Made by a program: the position numbers and the translations under genes
Origin: an uncultured Bacteroidales bacterium
Lineage (GTDB): Bacteria > Bacteroidota > Bacteroidia > Bacteroidales > WCHB1-69
Direction: 5' to 3'
Assembly: GCA_905233585.1 (NCBI GenBank)
Contig: CAJOFD010000009.1
Location: 2,136-66,135 of the forward strand
Length of the DNA stretch: 64,000 bases
Shown: piece after piece, positions 37,718 through 48,310 of the stretch
How the letters are laid out: every line of letters starts with the position of its first letter
Numbering within the stretch: position 1 is the first letter of the stretch
The notes under the pieces: model-generated
Seen by the model: only the letters and a program-made list of their open reading frames with translations
The model's database searches: none
Told to the model about the DNA's origin: nothing

Positions 37718-38542
37718 ATGGAAATGAGAAATTTATTTAAGGGTATTTTCTTGAATGACAAGTTCATTCTTGCTGTAATACTGCTCAATTCCTACATTAT
37801 TTATATGCAAGTTTCAGGATATGAAAGTTTTACTATTAGTTTGTTGGATGCACTATGTACTTTGATATTTTTGGTGGAAATGATTATCAAACACATGGAG
37901 TATGGTTTTAAGGGATATTGGAAAAATGGCTGGAACCGTTTGGACGGAATATTGGTTATATTATCGTTGCCGTCTTTGGTAGAATTGTTTATTCCATTGG
38001 AAATGTTCAATTTGTCATTTTTGTTGATATTTCGTTTATTGCGTGTGCTGAGATTTTTCCGTGTGTTGCATTTCTTTCCTAATTTCAGCAAAGTGGTACA
38101 GGGATTTAAAGTGGCATTGAGAGAATCGTATGCGATATTATTAAGTTTCTTTGTCATTATTGTGATATTCGGCTTGCTCAACTGTAGCCTGTTTCAGACT
38201 GCCGATCCTGAACATTTTCAAACGCCTCTCCGTTCCATTTATGCCGTATTCCAAATTTGTACGGTGGAGGGTTGGTACGAAATTCCCGATACTATTGCTA
38301 CATATTATGGCTCTGCGTCAATAATGGCAGATATTGTGCGTATCTATTTTTGCTTGATATTGATTTTGGGTGGTATAATAGGTATGTCTTTTATCAATTC
38401 CATTTTTGTAGATGCAATGGTTGCCGATAACAATGACGATGTCAAAGCCCAACTTCATGAGATGGAACAAAAAATGGATAACAACAATAAAAAATGGGAA
38501 CAGGATATAGAAGATATTAAGCAATTACTAAAAAATAAATAA
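37718..38542 (+). CDS. BacNav-type voltage-gated cation channel
   Basis: YWKNGWNRLD, S4 RLLRVLRFFR, filter TVEGWYE, C-terminal coiled coil. Confidence 0.88.
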   Translation: MEMRNLFKGIFLNDKFILAVILLNSYIIYMQVSGYESFTISLLDALCTLIFLVEMIIKHMEYGFKGYWKNGWNRLDGILVILSLPSLVELFIPLEMFNLSFLLIFRLLRVLRFFRVLHFFPNFSKVVQGFKVALRESYAILLSFFVIIVIFGLLNCSLFQTADPEHFQTPLRSIYAVFQICTVEGWYEIPDTIATYYGSASIMADIVRIYFCLILILGGIIGMSFINSIFVDAMVADNNDDVKAQLHEMEQKMDNNNKKWEQDIEDIKQLLKNK

Positions 38543-38545
38543 ATT

Positions 38546-38842
38546 ATGGCAATATTTCTTTGGTTATGGAACTTGGTTTCGCCTATAGTAGTGGCGATGG
38601 GTATGTTGTATGTTTTTACTGGTACCCCTGATACGCTTGTGTTTGTACTTGGCGGTATAGCATCGGCATTGGGATTGATAATAGGTATTGTCGGTTGGGG
38701 GGACATGGTGCCACCTCGTTGGTTTTGGATAAAAAGTCGTACTGATTTAGCTGGAAGCCGTATCGGGACAGCGATTTCCTATGCCATACAATTTTTCTTT
38801 ATCCCTGCCTTTGTCATAGGTTTGATAGAATATTTCGGATAA
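38546..38842 (+). CDS. Small membrane protein (about 3 TMs)
   Basis: Hydrophobic 98-aa ORF 3 nt after the channel stop. Confidence 0.7.
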   Translation: MAIFLWLWNLVSPIVVAMGMLYVFTGTPDTLVFVLGGIASALGLIIGIVGWGDMVPPRWFWIKSRTDLAGSRIGTAISYAIQFFFIPAFVIGLIEYFG

Positions 38843-39325
38843 GGGAAAAAGCTTGGAGGTGTATAAAATTTATGCGGTACAAGAATATTGTTTTCATACC
38901 GCACAAAAGTCTTTTGAATATCGGTTATTTTTTTGAGGTAAATTTCTTTGCTTATGGGGGCAGCAAAGTAATGATTTATTCTTCTTGTATCGCCTCCGAA
39001 AACGTATAGGGTGTGTTCATAGTCAAATATTGTCATCGGATAGCGTAGCGTAACATATTTTGTTTCGGCGGTGTATCAGGTCTAAATAATAAATGTATTT
39101 TACCTTTGAGACTTTTATTTTAGATGTTGAAATATCAGATAGTTTATCCTTTAGTTCGTATTGAGCCTTGATAAAATGTCCTTCGGCATCAGGATAGGCT
39201 TTGATTACGGTTTGGTAATCTTCCCAACGGATAGTCAATGTATTTTTTGTATCGTTTTGCTTGCAAAAACTGAATATGAATGCTGTTATTGATACAGAAA
39301 GCATGTTAAATAAACACTTTCCCAT
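38779..39325 (-). pseudogene. Probable frameshifted secreted/lipoprotein gene (two overlapping ORFs)
   Basis: 39023..39325 has a degenerate signal peptide; 38779..39036 continues in another frame; TACTTTTG on the minus strand near 39364-39371. Confidence 0.4.
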
Positions 39326-39476
39326 TTTGGATAAATTTTTAATGAGCCCTTAAATAATTATTGCAAAAGTATATTTGGGATAATACATCAATAAAACATT
39401 GCCTGTTTTTTATATAGGTTCTTTAAAAGTTTGTATTATTTTTTGTTGTATCTTTGTAGCGTAAAATTGATTTGAT

Positions 39477-39929
39477 ATGAAAAATAAATATTTACTTTCC
39501 GTCTCACTTGTATTTTGCTGTATGTTTGTTTTTGTTTCGTGCAAAAAGGAACCGCACAAAGGAAAATATACGGGTAGTTTTCAAGGTGTGTATCATACAA
39601 GTGCAAACAATACAACGACTTTTACATCATATTATTCATTTCAAATAGAGAAAAGTTCTAATAAAGAAATAGTTATAGAAGAAATGGAACATCATACCAT
39701 GTCCACCTTAAAAAAACAGAATGATTCTATTATCGGTATTATCGGTTTTGGTAATGTTTACAGTGCCACGGGCGAAAAGGGCTTAACAATGAATCTGATA
39801 AAAATGCGTGGAAGGAGTTATTCCCAAGGAGAAAAAAGTTATATAGAAGGAACTTTTGAAGGTGATGTTTATCTTGAAACGGGCAAAAGTTATTTGTCCA
39901 CGGGGACATTTTTGTTGTCAGAACAATAA
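39477..39929 (+). CDS. Hypothetical lipoprotein
   Basis: Lipobox FVSC followed by KKE; TATCTTTG promoter upstream. Confidence 0.75.
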   Translation: MKNKYLLSVSLVFCCMFVFVSCKKEPHKGKYTGSFQGVYHTSANNTTTFTSYYSFQIEKSSNKEIVIEEMEHHTMSTLKKQNDSIIGIIGFGNVYSATGEKGLTMNLIKMRGRSYSQGEKSYIEGTFEGDVYLETGKSYLSTGTFLLSEQ

Positions 39930-40059
39930 TTATTGGATTTCAATCAATAGTTATTGTTTCCCATTCTGATAAGAGTTTAACATTTTGTTGTTATAAAATT
40001 CTTCCTTTTGTTTGTCATTTTTGTCGGAAAAAATGCTATTTTTGTAAAAATTTTAAGTT

Positions 40060-41922
40060 TTGGAACAAATAAATAATTCATACAGCGACAAAAATGTAAT
40101 TACCTTAGAATGGTATAAACATATTCGTATGCGTCCGGGTATGTATGTAGGTCGTCTTGGAGACGGTTCTTCTGCCGATGATGGTATTTATATCCTACTC
40201 AAGGAGGTGATAGACAATTCGATAGATGAATACCATCAAGGATTTGGACGTAGTATAGAAATCGATATTCAAGAAAATCAAGTGCGAGTTAGGGATTTTG
40301 GACGAGGTATTCCATTGGAAAAGACAATAGATTGTGTTTCCAAAATGAATACTGGAGCCAAATATGATTCCGAAGCGTTTCAACAATCCATAGGTATGAA
40401 TGGGGTGGGTACCAAAGCGGTAAATGCCTTGTCAAGTTATTTTAAAGTGCAGTCAATACGAAATGGAAAAACCAAAGTTGCTGAGTTTTCTCAAGGTATT
40501 CTTACCAATGATTATGAAATAACAGATACATCAGAAGCCAATGGTACAATTATAACATTTATTCCTGATACTGATGAAGATATTTTCGGCAATTATTCCT
40601 TTTATCTTGACTATGTTGAGAAAATGTTGTGGAATTATGCTTTTTTGAACAAAGGTTTGACATTGGTTTGCAATGGTAATAGGTATTATTCCAAAAACGG
40701 CTTATTGGATTTGTTGACTCAAAATTTATCTACCGAATTGGCATATCCTATCATACATTTGCAGGAAGGTCAGTTTGAATTGGCTCTTACGCATACCCAA
40801 AGAGGAAGCAGTGAAGAATATTTTACCTTTGTCAATGGGCAATATACCATACATGGTGGTACGCATTTGCAAGCCTTGCGTGAAGCATTGGTGAAATGTG
40901 CCCGTGATTATTTCAAAAAAGATTATGATGCTTCAGATATTCGTCAATCTATTTGTGCGGCTATGAGTATCCGTATTCAAGAACCACAGTTTGAAGGGCA
41001 GACCAAGACCAAATTGGGCTCTAATGATATGAAAAAAGGCGGTCCAACGGTTAGATGGTATATCAACGATATGGTTTGTCGCTTGTTGGACAACTATTTG
41101 CACATGCATCAAGAGGTTGGGGCTATTTGGCAACAAAAAATTCTTGAAGCAAAAAAAGAACGGGAAGAAATAGCCGGATTGAAAAAATCATCTAAAGAAA
41201 GTGCCAAAAAGACAAGTTTGGTGAACAAAAAATTAAGAGATTGTCATGTGCATTTGACCGATTCAACGCCAAAGGGGGAAGACCAGCGTTTGGAAACTAT
41301 GATTTTTATTACCGAGGGAGAATCGGCATCGGGTTCTATTACAAAATCAAGAAATGCACAATTGCAAGCAGTCTTTTCGTTGAGGGGCAAGCCTCTGAAT
41401 TCTTATGGCAAGCCCAAAAAGATTGTTTATGAAAACGAAGAGTTTAATTTGTTGCAAGCCGCTCTGAACATTGAAAACGGCTTGGAAGGTTTGCGTTATA
41501 ATAAAATTATCATTGCAACCGATGCCGATGATGACGGTATGCATATTCGTTTGTTGCTGATGACATTCTTTTTGCAGTTTTTCCCCGAATTAATACGTAT
41601 GGGGCATGTATATATTTTGCAGACTCCATTGTTTCGAGTGAGAAACAAGCAAGAAACCCGATATTGTTATTCGGAAGAGGAAAAAAATGCAGTCAGCAAA
41701 CAATTAAAAGGAAAGTTGGAGGTAACCCGTTTTAAGGGTTTGGGAGAAATTTCCCCAGATGAGTTCAAACATTTTATTGGTAAAAATATTCGTTTGGACC
41801 CTGTGGTACTCACCAATTCGCCTATAGCCGATTTGTTGGACTATTATATGGGCAAAAATACGCCTGAAAGACAGGGATTTATTATAGAAAATCTACAAAT
41901 AGAAGAAGATATAATTTCTTAA
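40060..41922 (+). CDS. parE: DNA topoisomerase IV subunit B
   Basis: [40 protein letters not shown] and TRFKGLGE motifs; Bacteroidota ParE type; TTG start. Confidence 0.9.
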   Translation: MEQINNSYSDKNVITLEWYKHIRMRPGMYVGRLGDGSSADDGIYILLKEVIDNSIDEYHQGFGRSIEIDIQENQVRVRDFGRGIPLEKTIDCVSKMNTGAKYDSEAFQQSIGMNGVGTKAVNALSSYFKVQSIRNGKTKVAEFSQGILTNDYEITDTSEANGTIITFIPDTDEDIFGNYSFYLDYVEKMLWNYAFLNKGLTLVCNGNRYYSKNGLLDLLTQNLSTELAYPIIHLQEGQFELALTHTQRGSSEEYFTFVNGQYTIHGGTHLQALREALVKCARDYFKKDYDASDIRQSICAAMSIRIQEPQFEGQTKTKLGSNDMKKGGPTVRWYINDMVCRLLDNYLHMHQEVGAIWQQKILEAKKEREEIAGLKKSSKESAKKTSLVNKKLRDCHVHLTDSTPKGEDQRLETMIFITEGESASGSITKSRNAQLQAVFSLRGKPLNSYGKPKKIVYENEEFNLLQAALNIENGLEGLRYNKIIIATDADDDGMHIRLLLMTFFLQFFPELIRMGHVYILQTPLFRVRNKQETRYCYSEEEKNAVSKQLKGKLEVTRFKGLGEISPDEFKHFIGKNIRLDPVVLTNSPIADLLDYYMGKNTPERQGFIIENLQIEEDIIS

Positions 41923-41924
41923 TA

Positions 41925-42980
41925 ATGGCAGAAAAAGAACATCAAAATAGTAATTTAAATCCGACAAAATCCCAAATGTCAGTTGCAGATAAGGTCATAG
42001 AACAAGAGATTCGTCCTGCCGGTTTTGAGGATTTTGCCGGACAAGAGGATATTATAGAAAATCTTACTATTTTTGTTCGTGCTGCCAAATTACGTGGGGA
42101 AAGTTTAGACCACGTGTTGTTTCACGGCCCTCCAGGCTTGGGCAAAACCACACTTTCTTATATTATCGCTAAAGAAATGGGGGTGAACATAAGGGTAACT
42201 TCAGGACCGGTCATCGATAAACCGGGCGATTTGGCAGGTTTGCTCACCAATCTGGAACCCAATGATGTCCTTTTTATTGATGAAATACACAGGTTGTCTT
42301 CGGTAGTGGAAGAATATTTGTATTCTGCCATGGAGGATAGAAAAATAGATATTGTTATAGAATCCGGTCCCAATGCCCGTACGGTACAAATAGGTTTGAA
42401 TCCGTTTACTTTGGTAGGAGCCACCACCCGTTCAGGATTGCTTACAGCCCCTTTGTTGTCCCGATTCGGCATTAAATTCAGATTGAATTATTATAATACA
42501 GAAACATTAAAGCGTATTATTATTCGTTCTGCCACTATTCTTAATACGAAGATAGATGATGATGCCGCTACAGAGATCGCACGGCGTAGTCGGGGAACTC
42601 CACGTATTGCCAATGGCCTTTTGCGGCGTGTACGTGATTTTGCACAGGTCAAAGGCAATGGAATAAATGAAATAATAGATTTGGATATAGCACGCTATAG
42701 TCTGAATAAACTCAATGTGGATTCTCACGGTTTGGACGAAATGGATAATCGTATATTGGGTTGTATTATCAATAAGTTCAAAGGCGGTCCTGTGGGTATT
42801 AATACGATAGCTACGGCAGTAGGTGAAGATGCCGGTACTATTGAAGAAGTATATGAACCGTTTTTGATACAAGAAGGATTTTTGGTGCGGACTCCAAGAG
42901 GTCGGGAAGTTACCCCTGCTGCTTATGAACATTTGGGTATAGCAAAGCAAGGTGGTGAAGTGGGAAGTTTGTTTGATTAA
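41925..42980 (+). CDS. ruvB: Holliday junction branch-migration helicase RuvB
   Basis: [21 protein letters not shown] and RTPRGR motifs. Confidence 0.97.
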   Translation: MAEKEHQNSNLNPTKSQMSVADKVIEQEIRPAGFEDFAGQEDIIENLTIFVRAAKLRGESLDHVLFHGPPGLGKTTLSYIIAKEMGVNIRVTSGPVIDKPGDLAGLLTNLEPNDVLFIDEIHRLSSVVEEYLYSAMEDRKIDIVIESGPNARTVQIGLNPFTLVGATTRSGLLTAPLLSRFGIKFRLNYYNTETLKRIIIRSATILNTKIDDDAATEIARRSRGTPRIANGLLRRVRDFAQVKGNGINEIIDLDIARYSLNKLNVDSHGLDEMDNRILGCIINKFKGGPVGINTIATAVGEDAGTIEEVYEPFLIQEGFLVRTPRGREVTPAAYEHLGIAKQGGEVGSLFD

Positions 42981-42993
42981 AGGAGAAAAAACA

Positions 42994-43695
42994 ATGGCGA
43001 TAAAAAAACATATACCGAATTGTATTACTTTACTTAATTTGTTTTGTGGGATTGTTGCCATATTGTTAGCAGTAAATGGAATGCTTGGGCGTTCCGCTTT
43101 TATGATTTTTCTCGCTGCTGTTTTTGACTTTTTGGACGGATTGGCAGCGAGAGCCTTGCATGTAAAATCAGATATAGGCAAGGAGTTGGATTCTTTGTCC
43201 GATATTGTGTCCTTTGGAGTGGCTCCAGCGTTTATCATGTATCAAATGTTGGCTTTGTCCTCGGATTATACAACGCAAGTTTGGGGCATTCAGATAATAC
43301 CGTTTGTTGCCAGTGCACTGTATCCTTGTTGTGCGGCTTTGCGATTGGCCAAATTTAATCTTGATACAACTCAAACGGAGATGTTTCATGGTTTGCCAGT
43401 GCCAGCGGCTGCATTTGTGATACTTTCTTTGCAATTTTATAACGTAGGTGCTTATGCAGCAAGTATTTATACTGCTATTATTATATTGCTTTGTATTGCT
43501 ATGTTGTCGCGATTCCCTTTGTTGTCATTAAAGTTTAAGAATCTGACAATAAAAGAGAATATTTTTCGTTACGCACTAATAGGAATAAGTTTAATATTAA
43601 TTATATGTTTAAAGATACGGGCAATTTTGTTTATTATGATGACCTATTTCATCTTGTCCATTATTTATAATATTGTTTATCATAAAGAAAAATGA
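42994..43695 (+). CDS. pssA: CDP-diacylglycerol--serine O-phosphatidyltransferase
   Basis: PNCITLLNL, DFLDGLAAR...GKELDSLSD and RLAKFN motifs. Confidence 0.88.
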   Translation: MAIKKHIPNCITLLNLFCGIVAILLAVNGMLGRSAFMIFLAAVFDFLDGLAARALHVKSDIGKELDSLSDIVSFGVAPAFIMYQMLALSSDYTTQVWGIQIIPFVASALYPCCAALRLAKFNLDTTQTEMFHGLPVPAAAFVILSLQFYNVGAYAASIYTAIIILLCIAMLSRFPLLSLKFKNLTIKENIFRYALIGISLILIICLKIRAILFIMMTYFILSIIYNIVYHKEK

Positions 43696-44471
43696 AAAAA
43701 AGTTATATATTATTGATTCTTTTAGCATTAATGTGTAGTTCGTGTAAGGTTTTTATGCCGACAAGATTAGTTCATGCTAAAAAATCGGATTTAAGTCCCA
43801 TTCCGGAAGACGATAGATTTGCCGTATATCGTATTGCTCCAAATGATGTATTGTCTTTGGCTGTTTATGTTCAAAATGGCGAAAATATTTTTGAAAATAA
43901 CGAAAACAGTAACAATAACCATAATAATAGAAATTATTATGATTTGACGGTAGATTATGATGGTACACTGAAAGTGCCGGGGTTGAGAAAAGAAGATTCT
44001 ACCAAACGTATCTATGTAGCCGGATTAACCATACAAGAATTGGAAGATTGGTTAGAGATAGAATATTCCAAATATATGAATTCTCCTATGGTAATCATAA
44101 CAGGAAATCATCAAGTATATGTTTTTCAGGGAGAAGATGGCAATAAAGCCAAATTGATTACTTTAAGAAAACCCTATACAACAGTTTTTGAGGCACTTGC
44201 AGAGGCGGGTGGCATTAGTGACGGAAAAGGGTATAATATAAAGGTAATTCGTGGAAATCTAAGAAATCCAACGGTTTATAAAGTTGATTTATCGACCATA
44301 CAAGGATTAAGAGAAACAAACTTGACCGTTCAAGCAAACGATATTATTTATGTCGAACCGCGTTTAAAGCCTGTTTCAAGATTCTTGAAAGAAGCCAGCC
44401 CTTATATCAATTTGGGTAACACAATCTTATCCATTATTAATACGGTTGAGATTTTTAAACGTATAAGATAA
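43692..44471 (+). CDS. Polysaccharide export outer-membrane lipoprotein (Wza-like)
   Basis: Lipobox CSSC; YRIAPND, EALAEAGG and QANDIIYVEP motifs. Confidence 0.85.
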   Translation: MKKSYILLILLALMCSSCKVFMPTRLVHAKKSDLSPIPEDDRFAVYRIAPNDVLSLAVYVQNGENIFENNENSNNNHNNRNYYDLTVDYDGTLKVPGLRKEDSTKRIYVAGLTIQELEDWLEIEYSKYMNSPMVIITGNHQVYVFQGEDGNKAKLITLRKPYTTVFEALAEAGGISDGKGYNIKVIRGNLRNPTVYKVDLSTIQGLRETNLTVQANDIIYVEPRLKPVSRFLKEASPYINLGNTILSIINTVEIFKRIR

Positions 44472-44482
44472 CAACAATTCAA

Positions 44483-46978
44483 ATGAAACAAGAAATTCCA
44501 AAAATAAATTCGAAATTTAATTTTCATATCATTGCGTTATTGCTGAAACAATGTTGGTATGTATTACCCCTGCTATTATTGCTTAGTTTGTCCATAGCCT
44601 TTTTGTATCTTCGCTATAAGATACCTGTTTATACGGCAAGTACAACTATACAAACGGCAGAAGATGAGCCGTCTTCGTTGGCAGCATCTGCCTTTGAAAG
44701 CAGTTTTAATCTTGAAAAGGACAATAATGTATCGATAATCAATGTCTTGTCTTCAAGGTATTTTTTGGAAAAAGCCTTGGCAGCATTGAATTTGCAAACG
44801 GAGTATTATCAATACGGAACAATTATTGATACAGAAGTATATCCTAACCAAGTTTTTCAAATAGTATTTGATTCTACCCACCAACAACCTGTGGGAGAAA
44901 GGGTTTATATTGATTTTTTAGAGAAGAATGCCATTAGAATTTATACTAAGAAAAATGAAGCCAAACATATATTTTCTTATCAAACAACTATATCAAATCC
45001 GAACGTAAAACTTACCTCTCCATATTTTTCTTTTACTTTTCATTTAAATACAAGTTTGGACAATCTTGTCGGGCAAACGTATTATGTTATCTATCGTTCT
45101 CAAGAAGAAATAAACGAAACTTATATTCGTCATATTACAATAGCCCCGTCTGCAGTATATAAAAATGGTATTACCATTTCGTTCCAACATCAGAATGCCA
45201 ACAAGGCCTATTCTATTCCCAATGATATTACAGAGTTGTTTTTTGATTATTATGATAAATACAAACAATCGAAATATGCTCATGTAATTGGATATATAGA
45301 TGAGCAATTGGAATTTTGGGAAAATGAAGTTCAAGACAGAGAAAACAATTTGAACATTTACAAAAGATCAAATAATGTTCAGTTGCCGCCGGAAGAATTG
45401 TTGGTGAATTTGCAGGCAGACGCAGAAGAAATGCGGCAAAAGGTGGATATTTTATCTCAAAAAGAGGTGAAAATGGCAATGATTTTGCAATCGTTTGATA
45501 CCGAAAAAGACCCATATAAATTGATGGCCAGAATTATAGGAAATGATGTGGGCGGAAATTTAAGCCATTATATAGATAAAATTCAAGGCTTATTGTTGGA
45601 AAAAGAAAATCTGCAATACAATTATACCGTCAATAGCGGTAGAATTAAAAATATAGATCATCAAATTGAGGTACAAATAGCAACCTTAAAAGAGATGATA
45701 AAAACAAACATAGAAACCATTAAAAATGATAAAAATATTTTATCAGGCAAATTGGCAAAATATCAAGCCACATTGACCGCTCAAGAAGATTTTTCAAAAA
45801 CAATGGAATTGACCAAACTGCAACGTTTGAAAAGTATTAGCAGTACTTACTACGAACGATTATTGGATTTGCGGGTCAATTATTCTATTTTGAAGGTTAG
45901 AACAACCACTCCGTTTATTATTCTACAAGCGGCAACAATGAACAATATGTCCAAAACTCCTATCTCTACAAATATTTATCTCATTGCGATAGCCATTTCT
46001 ATTTTTTTGTTTTTATTGTTGTTTTTCTATCAATATTTATTCTATAATTATATCGATTCAAAAGCTAATATAAGTGATTATGTTGATATTCCTCATTTAG
46101 GCAATGTTCCATTGGTACCTAATATGAGTTCTTCGGTATTGCTTGTTGATAAAGATCCGTTAAGCTCGTTGAGTGAAACATTTAGGTCCATACGTGCCAA
46201 TCTTAATTTTTTGGACAATAGTGTCGGGGCAAAAGTGATAGCAGTAACATCAACCATTTCAGGAGAGGGGAAAACATTTGTTGTAACCAACATTGCAGCT
46301 ATTTTTGCTTATTCCGGCAAAAAAACCATTGTTTTGGATTTCGATATGAGAAGACCTAAAATACACCGTGCTTTTTCTACGGAAGAACAGCGGGTGTATA
46401 ATGTAAAAGGAATAAGTAATATTTTGATTGGTAAGGAAAAATGGCAAGATTGTGTACATCATACACGATTGGATAATCTGTTTTTTATTACAGCAGGTAG
46501 TATCCCGCCTAATCCTTCGGAATTGATATTGTCTCCACAAACGATAAAGTTGATTGACGAACTAAAACAAAATTATGATTATATTTGTATAGATAATCCG
46601 CCTATCGGTTTGGTTACCGATGCTGTGTTTGCTTTGTCTATAGCCAATTATCCAATCTATGTATTCAAACAACATTATTCACTGATACCATTTGTTGAGG
46701 AATTGGATAATCTGTATGAAAAAAATAATATCAAAAAAATATCATTTATTTTAAATGGTGTTGATATAAAAAATCGTAGTAAATACAGATACAGGTACAG
46801 ATACAGATATAATTACGGAAAATACAGATATAGATATAGATATAGCGAGGGGTATCGGTATCAAAATGAATATGCTCATGAATATAATGGTAATAAAGAA
46901 GAGTCGGAGCGAAATCAGAAGAAAAAGAAAAAACATAAAATAAGATTAAAATCTTTGTTGAAAAAACGTAAAAAATAA
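44483..46978 (+). CDS. Polysaccharide co-polymerase / BY tyrosine kinase (Wzc-like)
   Basis: Two TMs, ETFRSIR, Walker A SGEGKT, DFDMRRP, DNPP and a Tyr-rich tail. Confidence 0.92.
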   Translation: MKQEIPKINSKFNFHIIALLLKQCWYVLPLLLLLSLSIAFLYLRYKIPVYTASTTIQTAEDEPSSLAASAFESSFNLEKDNNVSIINVLSSRYFLEKALAALNLQTEYYQYGTIIDTEVYPNQVFQIVFDSTHQQPVGERVYIDFLEKNAIRIYTKKNEAKHIFSYQTTISNPNVKLTSPYFSFTFHLNTSLDNLVGQTYYVIYRSQEEINETYIRHITIAPSAVYKNGITISFQHQNANKAYSIPNDITELFFDYYDKYKQSKYAHVIGYIDEQLEFWENEVQDRENNLNIYKRSNNVQLPPEELLVNLQADAEEMRQKVDILSQKEVKMAMILQSFDTEKDPYKLMARIIGNDVGGNLSHYIDKIQGLLLEKENLQYNYTVNSGRIKNIDHQIEVQIATLKEMIKTNIETIKNDKNILSGKLAKYQATLTAQEDFSKTMELTKLQRLKSISSTYYERLLDLRVNYSILKVRTTTPFIILQAATMNNMSKTPISTNIYLIAIAISIFLFLLLFFYQYLFYNYIDSKANISDYVDIPHLGNVPLVPNMSSSVLLVDKDPLSSLSETFRSIRANLNFLDNSVGAKVIAVTSTISGEGKTFVVTNIAAIFAYSGKKTIVLDFDMRRPKIHRAFSTEEQRVYNVKGISNILIGKEKWQDCVHHTRLDNLFFITAGSIPPNPSELILSPQTIKLIDELKQNYDYICIDNPPIGLVTDAVFALSIANYPIYVFKQHYSLIPFVEELDNLYEKNNIKKISFILNGVDIKNRSKYRYRYRYRYNYGKYRYRYRYSEGYRYQNEYAHEYNGNKEESERNQKKKKKHKIRLKSLLKKRKK

Positions 46979-47520
46979 TGGAAGTAGAAAAAACGTCAAT
47001 AGATGGTCTTTTGATTTTACATCCCAAAGTTTTTGAGGACAATAGAGGTTGTTTTTTTGAAAGTTACAACGAAAATGTTTTCCGTCAATTGGGTATAGAT
47101 GTTACATTTGTTCAAGAAAATCAGTCAATTTCAGCAAAAAATGTTGTGCGTGGTCTGCATTTACAGGCCCCGCCGTTTGCACAAGGCAAATTGGTACGTG
47201 TAGCCAAGGGGGCTGCCTTGGATTTTGCTGTGGATATTCGTAAAAATTCGCCAACCTACGGAAAATATGTTGCTGCCTATTTGAGTGAAAAAAATTATAC
47301 ACAATTTTGGATCCCCGAAGGATTTGCACATGGTTTTGTTGCCCAAGAAGATGATACCGTTTTTGTTTACAAAACGACAAATTTTTATGACAAATCTTCA
47401 GAAATGGCTATCCGTTGGGACGACCCAACGCTGAATATTGATTGGCAAGTGAAAACTCCGATTGTTTCGGAAAAAGATGCCTCCAATCCGTCTTTTGCCG
47501 ATTTTGTGAGTCCTTTTTAA
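46978..47520 (+). CDS. rfbC: dTDP-4-dehydrorhamnose 3,5-epimerase
   Basis: DNRGCFFE, RGLH, AVDIR, GFAHGF and SEKD motifs. Confidence 0.95.
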   Translation: MEVEKTSIDGLLILHPKVFEDNRGCFFESYNENVFRQLGIDVTFVQENQSISAKNVVRGLHLQAPPFAQGKLVRVAKGAALDFAVDIRKNSPTYGKYVAAYLSEKNYTQFWIPEGFAHGFVAQEDDTVFVYKTTNFYDKSSEMAIRWDDPTLNIDWQVKTPIVSEKDASNPSFADFVSPF

Positions 47521-47578
47521 TGAAATAAGGTATTTTGGTTTATAATTGTTAGCTATCGTTTAGAAAGATTACAAACAA

Positions 47579-48310
47579 ATGCGGAATTATCAATATTATT
47601 TCCAACTCTTGAAAAAATATAAATGGATATGGCTTGTATTGGTAGGTATATCAGTTGGGGGAACGTATTTGTTTTTTAGCAAACAAACTCGTTTATATGA
47701 ATCAAGAACGGAAATATATCCGTTGGTGATGTATAAAAAAACGAGTATGTTGTCCTTAAATCCTTGTGTGCAAGTGAAGCGTATTGTTCAAGGTGAGCAA
47801 TTTCACCGATTGTTGATAAACGCCAATATTTGTCCAACGCTTACGGCTAAAAATTATGAAGAAAGAATATCTTTTTACGAAACGACTCGTCATACTTTGG
47901 TCATAAGAGCAAGGGCAGAAAACGTTGCTATGGCAGATTCGCTCTTGTGGCAATGGTTGTATCAATTGGATTATGCAGGCAAACAATTGACCTCTATGCA
48001 AATGATATTTGATACTTGCTCTTTAGCTGAATTGATACCTTGGGATTATTATCACAAGCAAGCGGATTTTGTTGATAATTCAGCGAGATGTTATACAGAA
48101 GTTAACGGTATGTTTTTTTTGTTTGATGTAATATCTGAACCTTATTGTGATAAGGAACCCGTATATCCCCCCGCTATGTTGAAAGTGTTGATATTTGTTT
48201 TTTGTTTATCAGCATGTTTATCGTTTGTGGCTATGTGTTTGACAGAAGAAATACGCAATCGTTTGGTAAAAAACAAAATAGAGAGCAATGAAACAACTGA
48301 GTCTGTATAA
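47579..48310 (+). CDS. Two-TM Wzz-like chain-length protein (divergent)
   Basis: N- and C-terminal TMs flanking a periplasmic domain; P-x5-P-x2-P before TM2; locus context. Confidence 0.5.
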   Translation: MRNYQYYFQLLKKYKWIWLVLVGISVGGTYLFFSKQTRLYESRTEIYPLVMYKKTSMLSLNPCVQVKRIVQGEQFHRLLINANICPTLTAKNYEERISFYETTRHTLVIRARAENVAMADSLLWQWLYQLDYAGKQLTSMQMIFDTCSLAELIPWDYYHKQADFVDNSARCYTEVNGMFFLFDVISEPYCDKEPVYPPAMLKVLIFVFCLSACLSFVAMCLTEEIRNRLVKNKIESNETTESV

